The notes beneath the pieces are model-generated. The model was not told the origin of the DNA. It searched no databases and saw only the letters and a program-made list of their open reading frames with translations. Below are positions 13,031 through 25,320 of a stretch of DNA of 64,000 nt, piece after piece. The stretch comes from Lama guanicoe (Eukaryota): the NCBI GenBank assembly GCA_013239625.1, contig MU054098.1, forward strand, positions 2,171,104 to 2,235,103. The letters are read 5' to 3'. The translations under genes were made by a program, and so were the position numbers. Every line of letters begins with the position of its first letter. Positions within the stretch are counted from its first letter, which is position 1.

Positions 13031-13064
13031 GTTCATCAGGACTGCTGTACTTGTTTGCTTACAC

Positions 13065-13188
13065 TACTGGGGCATCACCAGTCAGGTTGTTGGAAATGCA
13101 GACTCTCAGGTCCCACCCTAGACCTACTGAGATCAGTATTCCACTTCAACAAGATTCTCTAAGTGCACTGAACTTTGAGACGAGCTGC
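13065..13188. mobile_element. MER5A-like MITE fragment
   Basis: ttggaaatgcagactctcaggtcccaccctagacctactga, followed by the hAT target site ctctagag. Confidence 0.75.
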
Positions 13189-14474
13189 TCTAGAGAGCAC
13201 TTAGCCAGAATTGTAATACTCACTGGTTGGACTTGACCCTCAGTGCTCCAATGCTAGCCTGCAGTGCTGTGGGGATCCAATTGTTGTGGTGGTGGTTAAT
13301 CCATTTTTTCTGGCTTTCTAGTCCCTATCTGAGGTCACATTTGGTTGCCATGGAGATGATTAAGACATCACAGGCAAGATGAAGAGGTGAGGCTGAGAAC
13401 CTAGCAAACAAGAACAGAATATTCTTAAAAGGATAAAGATCAAAATGTTCAGCAGTCCTCTCTGCATTGATAATAAGAATAAAGCAACCACTAAAAGTTA
13501 TAAACAAACCCCAAACATATGGTATATTGATTGAACTATTGTGCCATCTAATTCCTCTCCTTGGCCTTTCCTTGTGTAGTACAGTATTTAAATATATTTA
13601 AATTGGCCTTTGGTGGGCAAAAAAAATGTGTATCGTTGAATGCAAGATTTGATTCCCTAGGTTTTATTTGATGGTGCCTCATCTCTAGACCTATGAAAGA
13701 AATTATTGGAAGAATGAAATAGTTTCAGATTAGCAGCCAGAAACTTACCCAAACACTAGCATTAATCAGTTGGATGACTTTGAAGAACTTATTTGGTTCT
13801 CGAGGATAGCTATCTTGTCTATCTTAGTTGTTGTGAGTATCAGTGAGATAATAGGTGCTCTGAGCAGCAACAAAAAAATGAGGTTTGCTTCCAAGACTGT
13901 TCCAGTACAGCTGAACAATGCCAGTGATGAGGCCCTATACTCACTGCATAACGCCAAAGTAGGGAGATACTGTCATACCTCCTTTCTTTCCGTATCTCAC
14001 CTTTCAAGTCTCCTATTTACCTTTCAGACATCTTTAACTTTCCAGCTGCCCATCCATGAGTTTATTCCTGCCAGCCTAGCTTGGTGTCAACTGATAGCTA
14101 AGATGGTTAATTAATTATTGAGAGTTAATGATTGGTCTTTCTCAGGGCATTCTTTTTTTTTTTTAACTTTAACATGTATAAGAACCAGCTTGGTTCCATT
14201 CTCTAGTAATTCTGATTCAGTAAGTCTGGAGTGGATGCCAGAAACCTGTACAAGTTGGCCAGCAGATTTGTGATGCCAGTGGTCCTTGTGAGAAAAGCCA
14301 TTCATACAAACACCATGGAATAAAGCCATATCAATAGCATCTCAGAGAAGTAGGGACGGGGAGTAGATGTATTTGGAGGTTGTCCCTCAAATGACATAGA
14401 ATAGGTGGTAGCCTATTCTACCTCCACATAAAGCCCACACTGTCCTTCACAATTGTTCATCTCTCCCAGGCAGG

Positions 14475-14718
14475 AGTGCAAGAGTTCAGCATGTAGGTTC
14501 TAGAGTCAGACTGACCTGGGTCCAAATCCTGCCTTGGCCAAAAGCTGTGTGACTCTGGGCAAGTTATTTAACCTCTCTGAGAATCAGTTTCCAAACTTTA
14601 AAATGGAGATGACTTTAATACCTGCCTCTTGGTGTCATGAGGATTAAATGAGATGAAAAGAGATTAGCACAGCTTCACACAGATGGCAAGTCCTCCATAA
14701 ATGTTAGCTATCATTATT
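14475..14718 (+). mobile_element. MIR SINE
   Basis: ctagagtcagactgacctgggtccaaatcctgcc...gctgtgtgactctgggcaagttatttaacctctctga. Confidence 0.85.
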
Positions 14719-14719
14719 C

Positions 14720-15036
14720 CAGGTCCGCAGTCTGTTATCTGTGCTTTAGAATTTAAATTGGTTTTGGATTTCAGAAAGGTAAAACAGAGTATGTAGTGTT
14801 TATTACATAACATTTCCAGTAGTGTCTGGAAAAACATCCCATAATTAAGCAATTAACATTTCTGTAGGAAAAAAATGTCTGAATATTCATACTAAAAGAG
14901 ATAAAGAGTAAGTTCATTTCAGTTCAGGTCAGGTTTTGCTGCCAAATGAGTTTTGGCACCAAATTAATGAAAAAATAGCTTCTGGTGTACAGAGCTTTTT
15001 GATTTCAGTATTTGAAGTTAAGGGATTGTGGACCCC
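14720..15036. mobile_element. MER46C-like Tigger MITE
   Basis: Terminal inverted repeats caggtccgcagtc / gattgtggaccc, and internal cagttcaggtcaggttttgctgccaaatgagttt. Confidence 0.75.
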
Positions 15037-15944
15037 TATCAAACTTTTTTTTGTGGGAGGGCACAATTTCCTTCTCTGTCCCTGCTTTCTGTCCTTTTCC
15101 TCCACTCTCCGAAGTTCTGGAATATCTGTAGAGGTCTCCTGTTTCTTTGCAGAATGATGTATTCAAGGTGGCAGAATATTTAATTTTTCTAATTATGTAG
15201 CACTGGTGAAATACTTGCTAAAATTATAAGCTTTAGCCCAAATGCAGATCATACAGCAGCACTGCTGTCAATGGCAATGGCTTAATCCCTCAAAGAAAAC
15301 CTACCTTACCTTATCGTTTTGGAAACTGCTCTCCTTTTAGAGGTCAATGGTCTTCTATTGGATTGTCCCAGCCGATTCTGGGGCAGAGCTGCCAGTCTGG
15401 AGGAGTTCCAGACCACAGTCTTGGGGAGATGAAGCAGAGATAGAGCTGGTACCTCAAATGCCCAGGCTTGAGATTGAGAGGTCAGACTAGTGAGCTTGGA
15501 CCAGGTCTGACACAAAACTGCATATGTTTAAGCTTTTCCTGAATCAGTATGTGTTTCAACTAGAAAAACAACACAGAAATAGGTTTAGTAAACTATTGCA
15601 GGCCATTTCCATGTTCGTGTTCAGTTTGACTCAAAACCATGGTTAACGGTTTCCCCGGATATACAACTACTCCACTTTGAAGTCCCTCAAGACCCCATTT
15701 GGAGAAGGGCCTGCAACACCCTGCTGCTTATAAGAGAGCTTTGTGACCTTACACTGCTTTATTTTCAAGCTGTACTACATAACCCATTGGAGAAGCTTTG
15801 ACCTAAGGTCATGCACCTATCCAGAGCAGATGCATTCTGACTCTCGAGCATTTTAAGGGGTGCTGTGTCCACAGAAGCTGAACTGAGACATAACTACCCC
15901 TCATAAGGTGAACATAAGGGGCATACTGTTTGGACTTGTCTAAA

Positions 15945-16372
15945 GACTTGGATGTGACCCTAGCTCTGGCACTATCTACACTGACAACCTTGGGCAAGTC
16001 ACATCCTCTCTCTGGGTCAGTTTCTGTCTCTGTATGATGAATGGATTTGGTTTCTCAAAGTTTATTAAGACAAGAAATTCTGACTCAGAAAGGTTAGTAG
16101 GAGACCTAAGAATCTGAATTTTTATAGGCACCCCAAATGATTCTGTGGCAAGTGGTCTTCAGATTTTACCTTGGGAATATGGGGTGACTGCCCACACAAG
16201 GCTTCTATATTTGTCAGAGGTTCTTAAATTTCAGGATACATCAGAATCCCCTGGAATTTTAACATGCAGATGCTTGAGCCTCACCTCTAGACAGTGTGAT
16301 TCAATGGGTCTGGGTTGAGACCAGATAATCTGCACTTTGATCAAGCTCTGTAGATGCTGCTGATGAAGAAGT
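15945..16372. mobile_element. Cluster: MIR fragment (~15945-16045) plus two MER5-family MITEs (~16048-16180 and ~16215-16372)
   Basis: accttgggcaagtcac; tggtttctcaaagt...ccccaaatgattctg; cagaggttcttaaa...catcagaatcccctgga. Confidence 0.7.
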
Positions 16373-19300
16373 TTCCCCAGTGATGCTTTCAAGGACGTCT
16401 AGGCTGAGTAGTCTCAAAAAACCCTGTCTGTTCCAGCACTATCTATAGTTTTGAAAGTAGAAAATATTTGACTCTAAAAGTGGCCCCTGAAGTGTGTGGA
16501 TTGCTTCCTTCCTAGGCTCTGCTTGAGGCTGCATGGTCACCTCTAAACAGTGGGCTAGTGCAGGCTGGCTCAGGCATGGGACATGTAGCTGGCCTGGGGG
16601 CAAAAGTGAAGGTAGCAATTGAGTTGACCCTGCTTTCAGGCCTCTGTAGTTTCTGCTGGGAGTTATGCACTACTCTGCTCTGCCTATGAATGAGGGAGGG
16701 AAACCATCCTCATATCCCCATATCAGGGATGGAGCAGCTCAGCTGGGATCAATTTGGCCATTGCTATGACTCAGACCTCATACCTTCCTTTAAGCTTCAA
16801 CCTTCCTTCTAAGAAGGAATCTAAGTTTCATTTCTGACCTGCAAGTGCTGAAGACATGGTGGGCCTCTGACACATTGTGAATACAGAGGTTTTCATTTGT
16901 ATTTGGTAAGAATGGGAAAGGCAAGTTCTGTTTTCCTTCAGTTGTACTAGGCATTTTGTGGGTCTTTGGGTGTGGGTGATAACACTTACGATTTCTTGAG
17001 TACCTAATGTATGCCAGCTTACTCTGATTAGTACTGGCTACCTGGAGCTGTATTTACTAGGATTCTGGACTTGTGACCAGCCTCACTGGTAGAATGTTGT
17101 GAAGGGTTGTCACTGTCTGCCATGGGCTCTGGAGGAAGAAATGCAACATGCTGGACATGCATTTGCCACGTTTCTACTGGACCATGTAATCCTCACAGTA
17201 GTCTTATGAAGTACATATTTGCATTTTACACACAAGGAAACCAAGCCCCTACACCTCCACTTTGGAACATGTAGTCATGCCCACTCCTGCTTTTGATCTC
17301 TCTCTCCCCTCACCTAAAAGCCCATTTCTCTCTACTTCCTATGCTCTGCCTAAGTGCAGCCTCCTCTGACTACTCAGACCCTTACTAACTTCTCCACTCC
17401 TTGAGCTGTGGAAGGACACATGATTGTATGTTCCCTCCTGGAGGAAGCTTCTTTCCTTTAAACTCCCACAATACCTTGCACAGGGCTGGTTCCATGGATC
17501 TTGTATCAATCTGTGTTGATGGATACAGGAAGATGATAAGGGCTAGGGGAAGGACAAGCAAAACAATTCCTACAAGTAGTCTGAGTTTAAAATTGTGATA
17601 AGAAAAATAAGACCTGGAATCCAGCCATGAAAATCTTGTCAAGATGGGAGGAAGCTGAATGAGCAAGCAGGGGGATGGGATCTCTGTAGAAGTGGTCTGA
17701 GCTTGAGGGAAGGCCTAGCAGGCATTGGTATCACCAGCTTTTAGCTTTTCATCCCCCATCTTCCCTTCTTCGTTAAGCCCCATAAATTCTGTGGTTTGTT
17801 TTTTTTTTTTTTGCAAGGCAAAAGCAAATGACACCTGATAGACTTCTTTACTACTTCTAGGTTCAAGAAAGCAGTCTAGGAGAGTGTTTTGCATAAGTGA
17901 ATATGCACCTTGCCATGTTTTATGAGAAGAATAACGTATTTTAAATTGGGACCATCTCAATAAATCTGAGTTGAGCTATCACCAAGCCCATCTAATCAAT
18001 ATGTGAAAATATTAAAAGAACAACCAAAAAGGAATGATTAGGTTCTCATCCCCATTGAGTTTCATTGTCTGTGTGTACAGAGATTTACATATCTTAAAAA
18101 TCACTTTACTATTCATTATCTACTTCAATCTTGACCACAGTTTTGTCATTTTCCAGGTCAGAAAATCAAGGCACTGAGATATTACGTCAAGGCTCAAGGA
18201 GGAAGCCTGATAGATGTACAGCTGTCTCTGAAGGGCTCTCATGTGGAATACTTGTTCTCAGAAACAAGGAAGGAGCTATCTAAAGATGTTTTTGGGAGGG
18301 AGGAGGTGGAGACGAGATGAAGTAATTTATGAGTTCCATATCACTGGAAGAATGTAAGCAGAGTTTGGATTTCTGCTTGGTGAGGCATTAGAGTGGAGAC
18401 TGCAAGAATCTGATAAGAGGGAGGGATTGTGAAGATGACCTAATCCTTTTAAAGATATAGATTCTTTAAGTTGCTTGAGAACATATCTAAAATACAGGTG
18501 ATGACACAGACTGTTACTTGTATGCAATCTAGAAGTCTGAGCCTCAGATCCACAGCCAACCTGAGCATTACCCACCTTGCCCATCTCTCTCTCACAGCTC
18601 CTGTCCCTAGAGGGGGCTCAGTGACTACAGCAGGCCTTGTTTACCACCTTGAGGACTTTGCTTGATTCCTCTATCCATTCAAACAGTATATGCTGTTTCA
18701 AGTAAACAACTAGAGGAAGAAGGGAAAAATTCTGATATGCAGATCTCAAATGATCATAAAATGAGCCCTTTAAATTTGAAGTGAAAGGTCTTCTGCATTT
18801 GTGCTCCCTGCTGTCTCGTTCATCTTTAATTCATTAAGTGCAGTTCACTTAGTGCTGAACACCACTTGCAACTGATGAAGCTGCCAGAGCCTAGCCCACT
18901 TAGATTTAAACTTTTTTTTTTTGCTTTGCCGGGTCCCTGTGGTGTGCAGGCAACCTGCGGCCCTGCTCAAGGTAGAGAAAACTTAATATAAGCAACTTAG
19001 TACATATCATGTTTTTCAATTACAAGAAACCTAAAGCCACAGATTAAAGTTCCAACTTTAAAGATGAAAAATTTAAGACTCAAGAAATGGAAAATTATTA
19101 GGGCTATGTTTATGACTCTCTGCTGAGTTCCAATCTCAAACCCTTTCCAGTTAGCCTTTCTTTCCTCTCCCAGACTTGACTACGAGTGAGAAAGCAATGC
19201 AGGGATTAGAGTATGGTGAAGCAACTTTTTAATGTCATTCAATAAAGGAAACATCCCACACATATGCAGAGCATTTTATGTGATCTAAGTCTTCTCCTAC

Positions 19301-19779
19301 TGTCTCATTTATCATTTTGATAAACTATGAAGTCAGCAAGGCATTTATTCAACACTCCCGCCAACAGATAAAGAGTTGTCTAAGGACATACAAGTATTTA
19401 GCACTAGATCTGGGACTAGACTCCTCACCTCTTGCTCCTAACAACACTATGTCCTGGAAGTAGTTTGAAACAGTGGAAAAATCATTGGCTTGGGAATTAG
19501 AATTTAGATTAAAATCCCAATGTGAATTCAATTCAACCCTGAGCCTTAGTTTTCACATCTGTGTTGCAAAGTAGTGTGATGAGTTAAGTTCCTGGCATCT
19601 AGCAGCCATCAGTGACAGAAGCCACTGATAGCATGGTATTTTCTGAAGACACTGGGAGGTTACTTACCAAACATCCTTGTCACCAGCTCCAGTTTCAATC
19701 TGGGGATTCAGAGAAAGGTGATTCTACCCAAGTTTCTTGGTGTAAAGCAAGTGGCTTAAACTTAGCATATATCCTGCTT

Positions 19780-19955
19780 TAGTCTTTCTCCTTTGCAACA
19801 CTTATGTCACTTGTAATTAATTATTATATGCCTGTTTTCCCTACTAGACTATGAGCTAATCAAGATAAGAGTCATCCAACGTCATTTCTGTATCCCTAGG
19901 GCCTAGCATACTTTCTTACACATAGAGGTGCTCAGTAATTCCTTGTTGAATTTAT
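19780..19955 (+). mobile_element. L2 3' end
   Basis: ccctactagactatgagct...tgtatccctagggcctagca...catagaggtgctcagtaa...tgttgaat. Confidence 0.75.
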
Positions 19956-20619
19956 CATCTCTGCCCATGGCAGACATAGAACTAGATAGCAGCAAAGGTG
20001 GTCTTACTGTGCCCCATTTCCTCCTATCTATTTCTTCTATTCTTCCCTGTAGTGAATGAAAACCCAGCCCTGCTCCAGTGCATGTTAACATGTTTCTGCA
20101 TTACAGATGCCTGAGTCAACCAGATAGAAATATAGCCAAAGATAGGCTGTGGAACTAATGCTCAGGAAGCAGATTTCCCAGCCCGAGACGTCAGAGAAAT
20201 TAGCCAGAGCAGTGAGAAGCCTTGGAGAACCCTGAGAATGTACTTTGCTAGGATGAATGGGTCATTTAGTTTGAGGCTACTCTATGCTTAGAAGAGTTTC
20301 AGATATGCCCAGGCCCTAGTTCAAGAAAATTATCTAGCAGGCTTGGAAGGAAAATGAGTGCAAAATAATCCAGACAAGAGTTGTTTAAAGATAAGGTATT
20401 TTCAACCACCCTTAAGTGAAGACAGAAGAATTACATGTTGTGCCCCAAGCATATTCAGGCCACAAGCTTCAGGAGTGGGGGAGATTCTGGGGGACACGAC
20501 AAGACAAAATGGGGAAGGTGAGGATTCCCTAGCAGTCCAAGTAGCAGCAGCATCCATGTTCACTGGCTGACATTCCCCAACCCCCCAACACAGGGATCAC
20601 TACCAGGTACAGGATGGTA

Positions 20620-21130
20620 GAACTGGGCTTTGCCAGTTGAGAGCTATGTAAACTCAGGCAAGTTAATCTCTTTGAGCTTCATTTTTTATGGTAAAGATTG
20701 AGCCGGTAATACCCACCACAGAGGGCTGTTCATTTATTCATGTAATAAATCTTGGTTGAATGTCCTAATATTATATGGCAGGCACTGTGTTGAGAACTAG
20801 AAAATAGTAGTGAGCCCTCATGGAGCATGGGCATTCTAGAATTACTGAAGTAGTGTATGCAAACTGCTTGTCTCAGTACCTGGCTCATAACAATCATTTA
20901 ATCAATGATAGCTATTATTTTAATAGCTGGAGATAAAAGGACATGGCAGTTAAGAGCCCAGGCTCTAGAGTCAGACCTGGGTTGTGGTTCTGTCAGAATA
21001 TTAGCTCTAGATATATTAGTCATGAGAACTTGGGCAAGTTTTCTTTTGAACATCCCATACCTCAATTTCCTCAACTGTAAAATAACTAATAATGATCATA
21101 ACTGTTTTATAAGCTTGGGAAGATCAAGTA
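20620..21130. mobile_element. MIR copies with an embedded minus-strand L2 3' fragment (~20730-20830)
   Basis: MIR cores at ~20650 and ~21030; cattattcatgtaataaatc...ggcaggcactgtgttgag. Confidence 0.65.
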
Positions 21131-21386
21131 AGAGTGAACATAAAACTTCCAGCAAGTCTTCTCTCTCTAAGGTCTAGTTGGGTCAAAAATATAAGGCCTT
21201 TCAAGAAAAATATTTCGTGAGTTGCTTGAAATTTGTCTAGAGCAAGAAGAAAAGTAAATGGAAGATGTATTGTTAGAAAGGCCGATAACTCTGATAACAT
21301 TTTAAGTACAGATATGGCAGGGAGATACTTCATAGGTGACAAGCAAACAGCTCCTTCACATCCATCACAAGTGAGAAAAATGCTGT

Positions 21387-21463
21387 CATTGTATTTATAC
21401 ATTGTATTATACATTGTATTTATAAATACATTATACAATGTATTATATTACATTGTATTTATA
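21387..21463. repeat. AT-rich minisatellite, ~12-13 bp unit (cattgtatttata), about 6 copies
   Basis: Imperfect tandem copies are directly visible. Confidence 0.8.
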
Positions 21464-21749
21464 AGCCTTTACTTAAACAGATTCTATGCCCTTTTTGCAA
21501 AGCCCTTCTGTCTTGAGCCCCAGACTTCAGTAAGTTCATGTCTACTTCTCTCATCTTTTCTAACTGAATCGTATTTCCGTAAGACTTAGCTCTCTCCACC
21601 TACTTGTGTACCTGTGTTCTTGGTGACCTCTGTACTGAGGATGCTGCTGCCGTTGGCACTTGTGGTTCCCAAAGGATAACTGGGATGCAAAGGGACCAGC
21701 AGTAACATGATTCTGCAGAAAGCTGGCCTCTGCCTGCCTTTGAAAATAT

Positions 21750-22495
21750 CTGAAAGTATATTGGGGTGTAATTTACACACAATAAAATTTATCAATTTAT
21801 AATGCAGAGTTAATGAGTTTTGACAAATATACATATGTGTATGTGTGTATATATATACACATACATACACATATATTTGTTATATATACACAAAACTCAC
21901 CACCACCACATTCAAAGTACAGAGAATTTCCACTACCTCAAAATTCTGTCACATCCCTTTGCAGTCAGTTTACCCATCCTTGGCTCCAGACAATCACTAA
22001 TCTACTTTGTTTATATAGATTTGCCCTTTCTGGATATTTCCTATCTATATAATCATACAATATGATGTTTGTTCTTCATAGAATTAGAATAGTCTTTTGT
22101 GACTGGCTTCCTTCACTTAGCATGTTTTTGAGAGATATCCATGTTGTGGCATGTATCAGTAACTCATTGCTTTTTATTGCCAAAAATATTCTGTTGTATG
22201 GATATAAAACATCGTGTTTCATCTTTTGATAGACATTTGGATTGTCTCCAGTTTGGGGTTATTACAGATAAAGCTGCTGGGATCATTTGTTTATGAGTCT
22301 GTGTGCATACATATATTTTCATTTCTCTTGGGTTAAATACCTAGGAGTAGGTCATATGGTAAGACTGTTAAATTTTATAACTGAAAATGGTTTCCCAAAG
22401 TGGCCATGCCATTTTGCATTCTCACCAACAGTATATGAGTGTTCCAGTAATATATCCTGTCAACACTTGGCATTGTCAGTGTTTCACATTTTATT
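21750..22495 (-). mobile_element. L1M (L1MB-like) 3' UTR/ORF2 end fragment
   Basis: tattggggtgtaatttacacacaataaaatttatc...tggcttccttcacttagcatg...ttttgcattctcaccaacagtatatgag. Confidence 0.85.
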
Positions 22496-22699
22496 TGTGT
22501 GGCATTTTAGAGAAGCTCCTGAAGGGCCATGAGCCATCAGATCTTTCCTCTTATCCCAATGTCCTTTAAGGACTATAGTAGGAAATGGGAAGAGAAGCTT
22601 TATTTCTTACCTGGGGGTAGGGAATCAGGAAAGCTGTCTGTACCTATTCAGGGAGCCTTCATGGGAGGCAGTATAATTCCACGAAGAACAAACATCAAT

Positions 22700-22905
22700 A
22701 GTATGGAAGCTGCAAGGAGGCAGATTTGGGAGTCTCATAGCATAGAACTTTCTAGAATTTAGAACTAATGATAGGGCGTGCCTTTCTTATTGAAGTTCAC
22801 TCTATCATTGGAGGTGTTCAAGTAGCAACTGGATAAACACTTTGTGAGGGTGTTCTGAAGCACATTCATGTACCAGATAAAGGTTAGATGTCCTCAGATG
22901 TTTCT
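22700..22905 (+). mobile_element. L3/CR1 LINE 3' fragment
   Basis: ggaggcagatttggg...aactttcta...cattggaggtgttcaagtagcaactggata. Confidence 0.6.
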
Positions 22906-25089
22906 ATGAGAATGTGAAGTAGACAATATTGAAGTTGTGTGACTTTTGATTCTTCCTTTCACCTGATTTCTGGCTAACCCCCAAACCTTAATGCTCTGGT
23001 ACCACAAATGGCTGAAAATCAGTCCTTACTAAAGTAAACTAAAGATTTCCTTTTTCTAGAGTGTCTGAGTTGTAGTATGTTCCCCAAATAAGAATCTCTA
23101 ATGGGAGAATTTCAGGCAAAGTGACAATCAGTGAGTAAGATATTTTGGCTAGAATTTCCTGCCTGATACCGCTCACATTAAACATAGCATCTAGATCATC
23201 ATCCAGTCTACCTATTGGCTAATAGTGTAGGCCTTTAAGGAAGTCAAAGAGAAATAAAGCAAAGCTTCCAAATGTCATTTTCAAAGGAGGACAACAAATG
23301 AGGACTAGCAAACTCCTTGTCAGCTGGGTTTTCATATCCATATAGACTTGACTATCAAAAATTGTCCATCTGCCAACTCTTTTTTGTATCCAACACCCTC
23401 TAGCACTGATATGGTACTGTATGTTTTTAGAATACAGCTTACATCGACTGACAGCTTTTTTTTATATATATCCATCAAGAGTGATGTGTCTTTTATTCAT
23501 CTTCACACTTTAAGTGTCTGTCAGACTGTCAAGTCTTCCCGTCTTCTGTAAGGATGTGTCATCATAAAAGAAACTGGTTGGGACCTGCCACTAAGCCTCA
23601 GGGAGTCAGTCTGCAGGGAGACTCTGAAGAGCTGTGCTGGAGTAAAATATCGCCAAGCCACATGATTACTTCTTCATAAAAAATAAACCAAGAAAGAAAT
23701 AGGATGAAACTGTATGAAGGAAATGGTCATTTAGATCTGGAGATAAACTTGTATACATGCATGAACAAAAAATGGAATCAGTATATTCAGAGATGGCTAA
23801 AGCAGCAGCCATGAAATGGATTTAAGTTGACCTATAGTGGAGGCAGTGCACTGGGCTAGGTAGCCTCGAGTGTATTTGTCATAGATAGTGACAGCTGTAT
23901 AGAGGACACTTGCTTTCCTCTTCCTTCCACCCTTTTTTCCTGCCCAGATGGCTTTTAATCATTCTCACATGCAAATATCATTTTTAAACTGTATTGGAAG
24001 ATTTTTTTTCGAAGTCATGAGAGAAGTCTCTAGCATATGGGTAGCATTACTTTGAAACATGAAGTCCCCTGTTCCAAGTCATTCCAGGAAGATAATTGAG
24101 ACCCAGAGAGGGAAAGTGATTGACCCTCAGTGCTTCTAGAAGAAAGGAGAGTAACTCTTAACTCTATCACATCCAACCCCAAGTCCCAGAGAGAGGAGTA
24201 AAGTGAGCCCAAATATCAATGGTGATGGAGACTATGGAGACTATAGTTTTGATTAACTTAGTCAAGTTTAGCCACAATTGCAGAGAATAAAGGAACGCTG
24301 AAAATCAGCCATTAATCTCACCATGGACATAGAGTGTTTTGGCAGCAATACTGCATTCCAGATCCCTATATTTCCTACCTGTGCTTCAGTGGTGTAGGCA
24401 GGGGTTTAATCTGCTTAAAACCCTCAGGACCCTACCAGTATTGTTTGAGTTGAGGGCTATAATGAAGCCTATAAGCAGATGGAGCTATGAGAAACTGGAG
24501 AAAGCTGATAGGTTTACTTCCCTGGTTCTGGGTTCTATATGGACATTGGGTCCCTCAGAGTTCATGACTTTAAAGATTAGTAGCTTCCATGATCTCTCAA
24601 GCGACTGCAACTGAACTTTGCTGGTTTCAGGAGCCACAGTTTAACACTCCCTCTCACAGGTCTTACCACTTAGTGAAGGGTGAGTGGTGAGAAACACAAG
24701 CTCTGGGTTTAGTTTAACTGAACGGTTCCTCTGGTTCCATCAGCAGAGGAAATGTTAGGAAGGAACTTTTGCTCAAAGCTCCAGGTAATTAGTATGACAA
24801 CCAGCTAATCATGACTTGGAAAAATCTATTTATTGAACCTCTGGGAAATCTCTAGGACCTTGGTGACCCCAAATCAATCTGTGTTCATAAAGATGAGTAG
24901 AAGCTTTACAAAGACAAAAATCATCTTTGAAAAATGATAAAAATAGTTATTCAGTTGCTGCAGAACCATGGCCTCTTGTACCAGCTTACACAGTGTGCAC
25001 TGAGCCCACCCTCAACAATAATGTTAAAAGAAACCAAACATCTGATGCATATGGGTTTCAAAGAAAGGCAACACAAACTACATAACCAC

Positions 25090-25320
25090 CACTCACAGAG
25101 TGTTTATTTTGGGCTGAACACTACACGCCCTTTACATCAGTAATTTCATTTAACCATGAAAATAAGCTACTGAAAGCATTATTAGCCTAATTTTACTGAT
25201 GAATAAATTGAACCTGAAAAAGTAGGTGGCTTGCCCAAGACCCCACAGTAAGTAAGTGGTAAAACCAAGGTTCAATCCCAAGTCTACCTGACATAAAAGC
25301 CCTATACTCTTAATTATGCT
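25090..25320 (-). mobile_element. MIR SINE
   Basis: attttactgatgaataaattgaa...ggcttgcccaagacccca...ttcaatcccaagtctacctgac. Confidence 0.75.

Noticed and set aside
21387..21463. Short repeated units as a CRISPR-like array
   Set aside because: No unique spacers; a simple AT-rich minisatellite in a mammalian genome.
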